Below are positions 43,492-51,361 of a DNA stretch of 59,485 nt, piece by piece. The notes under the pieces are model-generated. The model ran no database searches, was not told the DNA's origin, and worked only from the letters and a program-made list of their open reading frames with translations. Position numbers and translations under genes: made by a program. Position 1 is the stretch's first letter, and the number at the start of each line of letters is the position of its first letter. Origin of the DNA: a virus (Duplodnaviria; Caudoviricetes); the IMG/VR virus record IMGVR_UViG_3300048851_000177, positions 1 to 59,485 of that record; one strand, given 5' to 3'.

Positions 43492-44146
43492 TATCGTTCA
43501 GGGCTCGGCAGAATGGCATCAGCTCCGCCTCGGCAAGGTCACCGCATCCAAGGTGGCCGATGTCATCGCCAAGACAAAGAACGGCTATGCCGCCACCCGC
43601 GCCAACTATGCCGCACAGCTGATCACCGAGCGGCTGACCGGTCTCCCGACCGAAGGCTTCACCAACGCGGCAATGCAGTGGGGAACTGACACCGAGCCGC
43701 AGGCGCGCGCCGCCTACGAGTTCAACCGGGCCGAAACTGTCGTCGAGGTGCCGTTCGTTCTGCACCCGTCGATCGGTGACACCGGGGCGTCTCCGGACGG
43801 GCTTGTCGGTGACGACGGGCTGCTGGAAATTAAATGTCCCAACTCCGCAACCCACATCGAAACGCTCAAGGGCGGGACAGTCCCGGCGAAGTACATCACG
43901 CAGATGCAGTGGCAGATGGCGTGCACTGGTCGGATGTGGTGCGACTTCGTATCCTACGATCCTCGCCTGCCGGAATGGTGCCGGTTCTTCTGCCAGCGCG
44001 TCGAGCGTGACGACGCGCTGATTGCCGACCTCGAGCGGGAGGTGATCGCCTTCCTCAATGAGGTTCGCGCCAGCGTTCTGGAAATCAGCCGCCGGTACAA
44101 GCCGCAGGACATCGACCCTGCCGATGAACTGTTGATGGCGGGCTGA
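43484..44146 (+). CDS. Lambda-exonuclease/YqaJ family
   Basis: QGSAEW..R.GKVTAS, ASPDGLV, EIKCP, QMQWQM. Confidence 0.93.
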   Translation: MDDIVQGSAEWHQLRLGKVTASKVADVIAKTKNGYAATRANYAAQLITERLTGLPTEGFTNAAMQWGTDTEPQARAAYEFNRAETVVEVPFVLHPSIGDTGASPDGLVGDDGLLEIKCPNSATHIETLKGGTVPAKYITQMQWQMACTGRMWCDFVSYDPRLPEWCRFFCQRVERDDALIADLEREVIAFLNEVRASVLEISRRYKPQDIDPADELLMAG

Positions 44147-44149
44147 TCC

Positions 44150-44593
44150 ATGACCCAGCGCCAACGGTTCATCCTCATCAACGACAAGGTTCGCGCGAAC
44201 GCCCTCGCCGCGGTCGCGGCTGCCGATGAAGGCAGCGCGATCAGCATCGGGCCGAAGACGCGCAGCGGAGACCAGAACGCAAAGTTTCATGCGATCTGCA
44301 CCGACATCGCCAGCTCGCAGATGACGTGGGCTGGCAAGCGCCGGGATGCCGAAGCTTGGAAGGTCTTGCTTGTCTCCGGGCATACCGTCGCGACGGCCGG
44401 CGAAGTCGAGATCATCCCCGGCCTCGAAAACGAGTTCGTCAACATTCGCGAGAGCACCGCCCGCATGTCGGTCGGTCGCGCCGCGAGCCTGATTACCTAT
44501 GCAATTGCCTTCTGCGACACGAACGGAATCCATCTCACCGAGACGATCCGTGGCGGCTTCCATGACGGCGCAAATGATTGGAGAGCAGCATGA
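44150..44593 (+). CDS. ninB: NinB/Orf recombination protein
   Basis: RSGDQNAKFHAICTDIA..WK..REST. Confidence 0.88.
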   Translation: MTQRQRFILINDKVRANALAAVAAADEGSAISIGPKTRSGDQNAKFHAICTDIASSQMTWAGKRRDAEAWKVLLVSGHTVATAGEVEIIPGLENEFVNIRESTARMSVGRAASLITYAIAFCDTNGIHLTETIRGGFHDGANDWRAA

Positions 44594-45012
44594 CCTTTAC
44601 CATCGAACTTACCCAAGTTGTAAGCAAGGAAGTGAAATATCTGCAGGCCGAATGCGGCGTCCGCTACTGGGAAGACGGAGATGTCAACGGCTCGGAAGAC
44701 ACCGATGGGGAGCTTATCCCCTGCCGCGTCAAAGACGCGTGGTGCCCGACCATCGATCTCGAAACTGGCGTCATTCAGGATTGGCCGGCCGGCACAACAG
44801 CGTCCGTTCACTACAAGGTCTGCGATGCAGGCATCTACAGGCTTCTCGACGCCGACAAGAACGTGGTCCGCGAGATTGATGGATATGTCCCCAGCATCAT
44901 GTCTCCCGGCGGCTCTGGCCACGGCGACTACGTCATCATGACCATCGGTGCGGATGGGAAAATCGAGAACTGGTCGGCTGATCTTGAAGAATTTCAGGAG
45001 GAAGCTCGATGA
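44590..45012 (+). CDS. Hypothetical protein
   Basis: VRYWED, HYKVCD; coupled. Confidence 0.75.
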   Translation: MTFTIELTQVVSKEVKYLQAECGVRYWEDGDVNGSEDTDGELIPCRVKDAWCPTIDLETGVIQDWPAGTTASVHYKVCDAGIYRLLDADKNVVREIDGYVPSIMSPGGSGHGDYVIMTIGADGKIENWSADLEEFQEEAR

Positions 45013-45227
45013 CATGCACCTGCATCGAAACCGTCAACGAGAAGCTGGCGACCCGCAACACGCGCTTGACACAGGCGATGATGTTCGGGCCGGCTGATCA
45101 CCCAGGCCTGATGCTTGAAACGCATCAGATTGAGACCGGGCGGGGCAAGCCGAAAGCGGTCTCCATGTTCATCACCTACTGCCCTTTCTGCGGGGTGAAG
45201 TATGCGGCTGATGAGGTGGTGGCATGA
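45009..45227 (+). CDS. Small zinc-finger protein
   Basis: CTC...YCPFCG. Confidence 0.7.
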   Translation: MTCTCIETVNEKLATRNTRLTQAMMFGPADHPGLMLETHQIETGRGKPKAVSMFITYCPFCGVKYAADEVVA

Positions 45228-46240
45228 GAAAGCCTCTGACCATCAGTATCCACGACTCCCATCTCGGCATATGGCAGGACGATGCGAACGACGGTACGCT
45301 TCGCTCGGAAGTCTACGCCGAATTGGTCCGCCAGATGCGCGCGCGGGGATGGTCTGTCCGTCGCGACCCTCGCATCCATCAGCACTACCGCAGCCTTAGC
45401 CCAAACCATCGGCTGGGCGCTCGTGGCACACTTCGTTGCGAGATCGAGTTAGCCGGAAGAACCGTCAAGGTTGAATTCCGGTCGATGACCGCGAAGCAGC
45501 AGAACAGCAACGGTCGCCGCTACGATTTCGACAAGGTCAAGCGCATGCACAAGCTTGATGGTATGCGGGTGGAACTTGAGTTCCGCCGCATCATTTCTTG
45601 GCTGGAAACCATTGCTCCCGTCACGGTGAAACGTCGCGACGAGCGGGACTTGCCTCCGATGAAGCGTATCGAGAAGGGTTACGCGGAGTCATGGCATTCT
45701 GACAAGGAATTGGGACGGACCGTTTGCACATCCGATGGCAATCGGAAGTCAGCTGACGGCATGCTACTTGAGCATGGCCAGACCGTATGGATGCCGGACT
45801 ATCAAGGTCGAGTGCTGCGCGGCGTCACCTTCTACAACCTCAACAATATGTGGTGGGTGATCGCTGGCGGAAAGCTCTTTAACAAGGGCAGTTTTGAGAT
45901 CTACTCTGCCATGCCCCTGGAGCTACGGAAAAAGCGCAATGACCGCGTCCGGCGCAAGCGGCTAGAGGCGGAACTGCAGATCGCCGTCCAGCGTATGGAC
46001 TATAAGCGCGCCCAGGTTCTCAAGACGATCATATTCGGAACCGAGCAGACGTACATGATCTGGGCGCGGGACAATCAAGCCTACTACCGCTCCCAGTACG
46101 CTGGATATTCGTCAGACACGGCAGGGGCTGGGCGTTACACCAGAGCCGAAGCTGAAGCCGAATGCCGCCGCGTGCCTCACGAGCTGGAAATGGTTTGCCC
46201 AGATGGCTCCCATGTCCGCTTCGATCGGAGGGCAGCATGA
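45224..46240 (+). CDS. Hypothetical protein (338 aa)
   Basis: Coupled long ORF. Confidence 0.8.
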   Translation: MRKPLTISIHDSHLGIWQDDANDGTLRSEVYAELVRQMRARGWSVRRDPRIHQHYRSLSPNHRLGARGTLRCEIELAGRTVKVEFRSMTAKQQNSNGRRYDFDKVKRMHKLDGMRVELEFRRIISWLETIAPVTVKRRDERDLPPMKRIEKGYAESWHSDKELGRTVCTSDGNRKSADGMLLEHGQTVWMPDYQGRVLRGVTFYNLNNMWWVIAGGKLFNKGSFEIYSAMPLELRKKRNDRVRRKRLEAELQIAVQRMDYKRAQVLKTIIFGTEQTYMIWARDNQAYYRSQYAGYSSDTAGAGRYTRAEAEAECRRVPHELEMVCPDGSHVRFDRRAA

Positions 46241-46713
46241 CCGAGCAGAAGCAATACAGCGGGCATATGACGACGATCGACGGCAGGCATGTGCCCATTA
46301 CCGCCGAGCAAGCGCAAAGCATGTGGGAAGCCTCCGATCGGTCGCAGCGCGAACGGGCCGAACGTCTGCCGGATTCGGTCGCGTGCCTCTCTGCAATATG
46401 CTCGGCGGACCAGCGCTTGCGAGAGCTTGGCTGGAAGAAAGCCACATATTGCCCGAGAGATGGGACCGAGTTCGCCGTTTGCCAGCCCGGATCGACCGGA
46501 ATGTGGAAGGGCTTCTGGACGGACGACAGCGATAAGAACCCGCTTTCGCCTGGCTATGTTCACGCGGCAGACTGCGTCACCCGCCCCGCCGAGGTCTATT
46601 TCAAGCCTCTGGACAAGCTGACAGATACCGAAGCCGCTCTTGTGAACAAGTGCGATGCCGATGTTGCGGCGTTCATTGACCGGCTCGGTGCGGTTTTCGG
46701 AGATGAGCCATGA
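46237..46713 (+). CDS. Hypothetical protein
   Basis: RLRELGW...YCPRDG; coupled. Confidence 0.7.
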   Translation: MTEQKQYSGHMTTIDGRHVPITAEQAQSMWEASDRSQRERAERLPDSVACLSAICSADQRLRELGWKKATYCPRDGTEFAVCQPGSTGMWKGFWTDDSDKNPLSPGYVHAADCVTRPAEVYFKPLDKLTDTEAALVNKCDADVAAFIDRLGAVFGDEP

Positions 46714-47375
46714 GCATCAAGGTCAAAGCCGGGGCCAAATTTGGGAACTGGACGATCATCTCGGAAGAGGTGACGATTCGCCGAAATCACAGCCGTCACA
46801 GACTATGTGCCTGCGTTTGTGGCGAGCAAAAACTCGTTCAAGAATTTTCCCTGATAAACGGTGTTTCGAATAGCTGCGGGTGCAAGAAGGCCGAAAAACG
46901 GCAGGTAAAAACGATTGATGATATCTTTGACCGCTGCCTACCAGAGCCAAATTCTGGTTGCTGGATTTGGATGGGGACGCTTAACCATGGGTCTGAAGGA
47001 TACGGGATCGCGCACTCTTTCTACCACTCACGAAAGATCGGCGCACACCGTCTCTCCCTATCGTTGGTGAAGCCCTATCCAACTGGTGCGCGATTAGAGG
47101 CATGCCATAAGTGCGATGTCACCTGCTGCGTCAACCCTGACCATTTATTTTGGGGGACCAGATCAGACAATATGAGAGACGCTTCACGGAAGGGTCGGGG
47201 GAGGACGCCCAGGTTTGCTGGTGTTGCAAACCCAGCGACCAGACTTACCCGCGCCGACGTAATAAACATCCGGCAAGATTTGCGTCCTCGTAGCGTCGTT
47301 GCTCAATCTTACGGGCTGTCAGCAGGTTCGATCAGTGCAATCCGGAATAGCAAAACCTTCAAGGAGATCCCATGA
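46710..47375 (+). CDS. HNH homing endonuclease
   Basis: KFGNW, CVCG, SCGC, GCWIWMG, CHKCDVTCCVNPDHLFWGT..N. Confidence 0.9.
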   Translation: MSIKVKAGAKFGNWTIISEEVTIRRNHSRHRLCACVCGEQKLVQEFSLINGVSNSCGCKKAEKRQVKTIDDIFDRCLPEPNSGCWIWMGTLNHGSEGYGIAHSFYHSRKIGAHRLSLSLVKPYPTGARLEACHKCDVTCCVNPDHLFWGTRSDNMRDASRKGRGRTPRFAGVANPATRLTRADVINIRQDLRPRSVVAQSYGLSAGSISAIRNSKTFKEIP

Positions 47376-47632
47376 AGAGATTTGTGCAGGTTAGCGGTCA
47401 CATCCGATGTGCACCCGAAAGAAAGCCCGATCCCCTCACCCCTGACATCGAGGCAAAGCGCCGCCGGTTCCAGAGCAAGTGGGGCATCGCCATGGTGAGC
47501 GCGAACGACGATCGCCTGGCAGCACCTATCCCCGATCCAGTACCGGGGCCGGCACCTATGAGCCTAGCCGAGATCGCAGATCAGCTTGAGGAGCTATCGA
47601 AGCGGGCTGCCATGATCGGGAGGCAGCTATGA
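47372..47632 (+). CDS. Hypothetical protein
   Basis: Coupled ORF. Confidence 0.6.
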   Translation: MKRFVQVSGHIRCAPERKPDPLTPDIEAKRRRFQSKWGIAMVSANDDRLAAPIPDPVPGPAPMSLAEIADQLEELSKRAAMIGRQL

Positions 47633-48018
47633 CGCGCTCGGTTCCGGAATGGATTGCCAAGAGCGACGATGCCAAGATCCCTGATCGCGTGAAGGTGCGG
47701 ATCCTCGAGCGCGAGAACTTCACGTGTCACCTGACCGGCGTCCGGATCGACCCGCTCAGGGACGAATACGACTTCGACCACAAGGTACCGCTGATCCTGG
47801 GAGGAGAGCACAGAGAGCGAAATCTCTTCCCGGCATTCAGAGATGCCCACCGGAAGAAGACCGCGATCGAGGTCGGCATCAAGTCGAAGATCGCCAAGGT
47901 GAGGAAGAAGCACCTCGGCATCACCAAGCCGAAGTCCTCGCTCTCAGCCGGCCCTTACAAACGCAAGATGAACGGCGATGTCGTCGACACCCGAACAGGC
48001 GAAGTGGTCAGCAGATGA
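47629..48018 (+). CDS. Small HNH endonuclease
   Basis: DFDHKVPLILGG.H.E.NL..H..KT. Confidence 0.85.
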   Translation: MTRSVPEWIAKSDDAKIPDRVKVRILERENFTCHLTGVRIDPLRDEYDFDHKVPLILGGEHRERNLFPAFRDAHRKKTAIEVGIKSKIAKVRKKHLGITKPKSSLSAGPYKRKMNGDVVDTRTGEVVSR

Positions 48019-48066
48019 CCCGCGCCACCCCTTCTACGTCCCCAGCTCTAGCGAGAGGCTTGAATA

Positions 48067-48321
48067 ATGGCTAAGCGCGAAATCAAGTGTCACGCCTGCG
48101 GGCACGTTCGCCACACGATCGATATCGAAGACCCGAGAGACTGGTGCGGGACCACGCAAGATATCCGTGTTAGCGGGTCGTATTTTTCGAGCCTCGACAC
48201 TGGCGAGGTCCGCACTGTGACGATCGGCGGCAAGGAATACAAATTTCTCAGGAACGAAGTCCGCGCCCATTGGCCCGCACTCGAGCGGCTGATCATCCGC
48301 GAAGATGAATTCCCTCTTTGA
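48067..48321 (+). CDS. Hypothetical protein
   Basis: GAGG RBS; CHACG. Confidence 0.6.
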   Translation: MAKREIKCHACGHVRHTIDIEDPRDWCGTTQDIRVSGSYFSSLDTGEVRTVTIGGKEYKFLRNEVRAHWPALERLIIREDEFPL

Positions 48322-48392
48322 AAGGAACCGCCATGACCGAAGAGAACAAGCAGTCTGATACCCCAGCGCCCTCGCAGCATTTGCGGGGTGAT

Positions 48393-48560
48393 CTATGACC
48401 CCGTCTTTCCCTTTTCCCGGCGCTTCAGCTCTCTCTCAATCGCCGTTCGGATCAGCGTCAGCCTATCCTCGCCTTCGACGCGCGCGGCATCAATCTCGGT
48501 CAGCATCTCGTCTGACAGAGGCAGGGTTACCCGGTTCGGAAATTCTTTCTTGCGTCCCAC
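48393..48560 (-). CDS. Ribbon-helix-helix (CopG-like) regulator, 55 aa
   Basis: GRKKEFPNRVTLPLSDEMLTEID..RLTLIRTAIERELKRR. Confidence 0.7.
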   Translation of the reverse strand: MGRKKEFPNRVTLPLSDEMLTEIDAARVEGEDRLTLIRTAIERELKRREKGKTGS

Positions 48561-48571
48561 GCGAAGAGGTA

Positions 48572-48670
48572 AATCGTATGTATGTTTTTCTGTCAAGCGG
48601 CACCCATTTCGTATGTACGTTATTGACTTCATATCATACGTACGATATCTGTTCAATCATACATACGATT
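48572..48670. promoter_or_regulatory. Divergent promoter with four CGTAYGTAYG boxes
   Basis: Perfect 13-bp IR at 48572-48584/48658-48670; inner boxes 48610-48619 and 48635-48644; TTGAC on both strands. Confidence 0.7.
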
Positions 48671-48682
48671 GGAGAGACGAAA

Positions 48683-48898
48683 ATGACATTCCTTCACATG
48701 CACCATGCAATGGCAAACAAGGCCTTGATGCAGGCAAAGTACACGGAAGGCCTTGCAGACAAACCTGCATCTTGCGCAGAACGCATCCGCGAACTCATCC
48801 TGAGCGGCGCGGTCGACTACAAGGATCGCTTCCAGCCCGTCGTAGTTACGGACTACGACCGCCACATGGCTTTACGGTATCTTTCAGGGGCAAGATGA
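48683..48898 (+). CDS. Hypothetical protein (71 aa)
   Basis: GGAG RBS after the operator array. Confidence 0.65.
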   Translation: MTFLHMHHAMANKALMQAKYTEGLADKPASCAERIRELILSGAVDYKDRFQPVVVTDYDRHMALRYLSGAR

Positions 48899-49035
48899 GC
48901 AAGCCAGCACCAGATGCGGCCGAAAAGCCGAAGACCCCATGCAAACATGTCTGTGACCATGTCATTTGCGCTGGTCGCGGCTCTGCTTTCAACGTGTATC
49001 GCTGCCGCTACTGCGGTGAGGAGGAATGGCTGTGA
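48895..49035 (+). CDS. Small Cys-rich protein
   Basis: CKH..CRYCG; ATGA overlap. Confidence 0.5.
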   Translation: MSKPAPDAAEKPKTPCKHVCDHVICAGRGSAFNVYRCRYCGEEEWL

Positions 49036-49295
49036 CAGAGATCACCGTAACAGTTTCCGGCCCGGTTGGGTGCGGCAAGTCGGCCATTGCCGGCGAGATC
49101 GAAATCGCCCTGCGCGCGGTTGGTGTCCCGGTTCGCTTCGTCGACGAAAAGGGCGAGCTCGAAGAGAAGAACATGACGGGAGCCGACTGGACCGGCTACA
49201 TCGAAATGTACAAGCCAAGCGTCGCCATCGTCGAGCAGACCCCATCACCCGAAACGAGGCCGCTGGGTCCGAACACAGAAAGGGTGGAGAGATGA
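49026..49295 (+). CDS. Small protein with Walker A-like motif
   Basis: VTVSGPVGCGKS. Confidence 0.65.
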   Translation: MAVTEITVTVSGPVGCGKSAIAGEIEIALRAVGVPVRFVDEKGELEEKNMTGADWTGYIEMYKPSVAIVEQTPSPETRPLGPNTERVER

Positions 49296-49477
49296 CCGCC
49301 GATCGCGATGGGAAGCAAGCCGGCCCGTTGATGAACCGGGTTACGATAGAAGGCAGAGAACACTTTCTGCCCGTCGATGCCAAGCTCGCCGAGCCGTTCC
49401 CAGCTGAAGGCACGGAAGAGGAGCAGATGGCGTGGCTAGATGAGCACATGGCAGAAGCGCTTGGAGGGACATGGTGA
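49292..49477 (+). CDS. Hypothetical protein
   Basis: Coupled at both ends. Confidence 0.5.
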   Translation: MTADRDGKQAGPLMNRVTIEGREHFLPVDAKLAEPFPAEGTEEEQMAWLDEHMAEALGGTW

Positions 49478-49827
49478 TGACGGGTTTGCCAACGGTATTC
49501 ACGCCCGAGCAAGTGGCCGAACACATCGGCTGCAGCGCACGCACTTTGCGCGAACTCGCACGAGAGCTTGGCGCTTGCCGAATTTTGGGCAATCGTATGG
49601 TGCTCACCCAACAAGACTTTGATGCGATCATGGAGGCCAGCAGGCCATGCCCCTCACCCTCTACAAGCGCCCCGGCGGTAAAATCTACCACTACCGTGGC
49701 TCTATCAACGGGCAAAGGCTACGCGGGTCTACTGGAACTGCGAAGAAAGCAATCGCAGAGCGATTCATCAGCCAGCTCGAGGAAAAGCACTGGAAAGGTG
49801 ATTTCGATGGCCCCGAAGCCATCCTGA
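49477..49827 (+). CDS. xis: Excisionase-like HTH protein overlapping int
   Basis: FTPEQVAEHIGCSARTLRE; GGAGG RBS. Confidence 0.75.
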   Translation: MTGLPTVFTPEQVAEHIGCSARTLRELARELGACRILGNRMVLTQQDFDAIMEASRPCPSPSTSAPAVKSTTTVALSTGKGYAGLLELRRKQSQSDSSASSRKSTGKVISMAPKPS

Positions 49828-50657
49828 GATTTTCCGACGCGGCTGCGCATTACCGGCTGGCCGAACGATCGCACCGGTTCCTTTCAATGGTCGAGGATTA
49901 TTGGAAGGACACTCTCGTCAAGTCGATCACCTCGGGAGCCGTGCGCAAGGCTGCGATGGCGCTTTACCCGAAGGCGACGGGAGCAACGAGGAACCGTCAT
50001 GTGATCGTGCCGACGCAGGCGGTAATCAATCACGCTGCATCGCTCGATCTATGCAGCCCGCTGAAGGTTGAGCGGTTCCCAGAGAACTACAAGATCAAGA
50101 CGCCGGTGACATGGGAATGGGTGCAGGCCTTCATGGCCGCATCGAACCCGCACCTGGCGGCGCTCTGCTGTTTCATGTTCTTGACCGGCGCCAGAGTGAG
50201 CGAGGCCATCAATCTTCGTTGGGAGGATGTGGATCTCGTCAAGCGCCGCGCAAAAATCCGGCAGACGAAGATCGGGGACGAGCGCAATGCTCATCTGCCG
50301 GCCGCGCTCATCGCGGCAATTGCGAATATCGAGAGCGATCGGGAACGTGGGTCAAAGGTCTTCAAATATTCGACGCGAAACACAGCCAACCCGCAATGGA
50401 TGAAGGCTTGCAAGCGCGCGGGCATTCCGTTCTACAGCTTCCATTGCTGCCGGCATGGGTTCGCGACTTCGCTCTTGCACAAGGGCGTCGATCCGATCAC
50501 AGTTTCGAAGCTTGGCGGGTGGAAGTCTGCGCAGCACGTGTTTGAGACATACGGGCACGCAATGAGCGACGATACCCTCGCGGATCGGCTGACTGACACA
50601 CCAGTGACACCGGGAGCCGTTGTGTCGATGCAAACAATTGTAAAAACAAAGGGTTAG
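49647..50657 (+). CDS. int: Tyrosine integrase
   Basis: TGARVSE, HCCRHGFAT, LGGWKS, TYGH. Confidence 0.95.
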   Translation: MPLTLYKRPGGKIYHYRGSINGQRLRGSTGTAKKAIAERFISQLEEKHWKGDFDGPEAILRFSDAAAHYRLAERSHRFLSMVEDYWKDTLVKSITSGAVRKAAMALYPKATGATRNRHVIVPTQAVINHAASLDLCSPLKVERFPENYKIKTPVTWEWVQAFMAASNPHLAALCCFMFLTGARVSEAINLRWEDVDLVKRRAKIRQTKIGDERNAHLPAALIAAIANIESDRERGSKVFKYSTRNTANPQWMKACKRAGIPFYSFHCCRHGFATSLLHKGVDPITVSKLGGWKSAQHVFETYGHAMSDDTLADRLTDTPVTPGAVVSMQTIVKTKG

Positions 50658-50829
50658 CGGGAAAGACTTGTACCCTCGTTGGGGAGGAGTGTCCCGCCGC
50701 CGTGGATAGTGGAAAGTCGAGAAAAGCGCAAGTGGAAAAGGGTTTGCGGCAATCGCGCTCTGCGTGATCGTGCTGACTAATGCGGAACGAGATAGGAACG
50801 AGTTCAACCATCTGGCACAGAATTGACAG
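50594..50829. other. att-like junction (core not identified)
   Basis: Arm-like pairs TGACAC (50594, 50605) and TGGCAC/TGACAG (50813, 50824); IHF-like AAACAAAGGGTTA. Confidence 0.45.
50785..50799. promoter_or_regulatory. Alphaproteobacterial LexA box
   Basis: GAAC-GAGATAG-GAAC. Confidence 0.55.
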
Positions 50830-51060
50830 AGCGATGGTCTCTTGACGTTCTCGGCGGATCAGGGATGTCCGACGCCATGATTTGGCAGAGGATAGGCGCG
50901 CGGCGGCCTTTATCGTCCGTGTAAGGTCCGTCCGGCCCGCTGGGATGGGATGCAGGGGCTCCCACGGCTACCCGCCACAAGCCTACTAGCAGTTCGGCTA
51001 GTCGATCGCATTGCCATTCCCCGCGATGGTTCACGCGCAAGGGAGATCACGACGCGCAAA

Positions 51061-51147
51061 ATGAAGCCTGAAGACATTCCCGCATTCGTCGAGGAAGTAG
51101 CCGACACCGGCTGCACATCACGGGGATTGCCGGATTGGGCTATCTGA
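51061..51147 (+). pseudogene. Truncated hypothetical gene remnant
   Basis: MKPEDIPAFVEEVADTGC then early stop. Confidence 0.35.
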
Positions 51148-51361
51148 TGGGAGATGCCGACCTTCGCGATGATCAGTTTGAGAATGTTATGCCGGGCCAT
51201 CCGAAATCACGGGAGTCTACGGCGTCGCCCTTATGCTGACATCCTCCACCGCTTGCGCCCACAACACTCTCATGTAAGACGTGATTTTTCTGGTCGAGAC
51301 GGAAAGTCCAGCTATTCGGTCGAAAAATCCTGCAGTTCGATATCCTACCGAGAAGACTACT

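Larger units (their letters stand above)
1..50700. mobile_element. Temperate siphovirus-type prophage (left boundary outside window)
   Basis: Ordered lysis, tail, head, packaging, replication, immunity, recombination and xis/int modules. Confidence 0.95.

Noticed and set aside
43415-44563. 382-aa minus-strand ORF
   Set aside because: Shadow of the exonuclease and ninB genes in high-GC DNA
50660-50720. tRNA-Pro-derived att core
   Set aside because: Only a faint resemblance (CGTTGGGGA); no T-arm or CCA end
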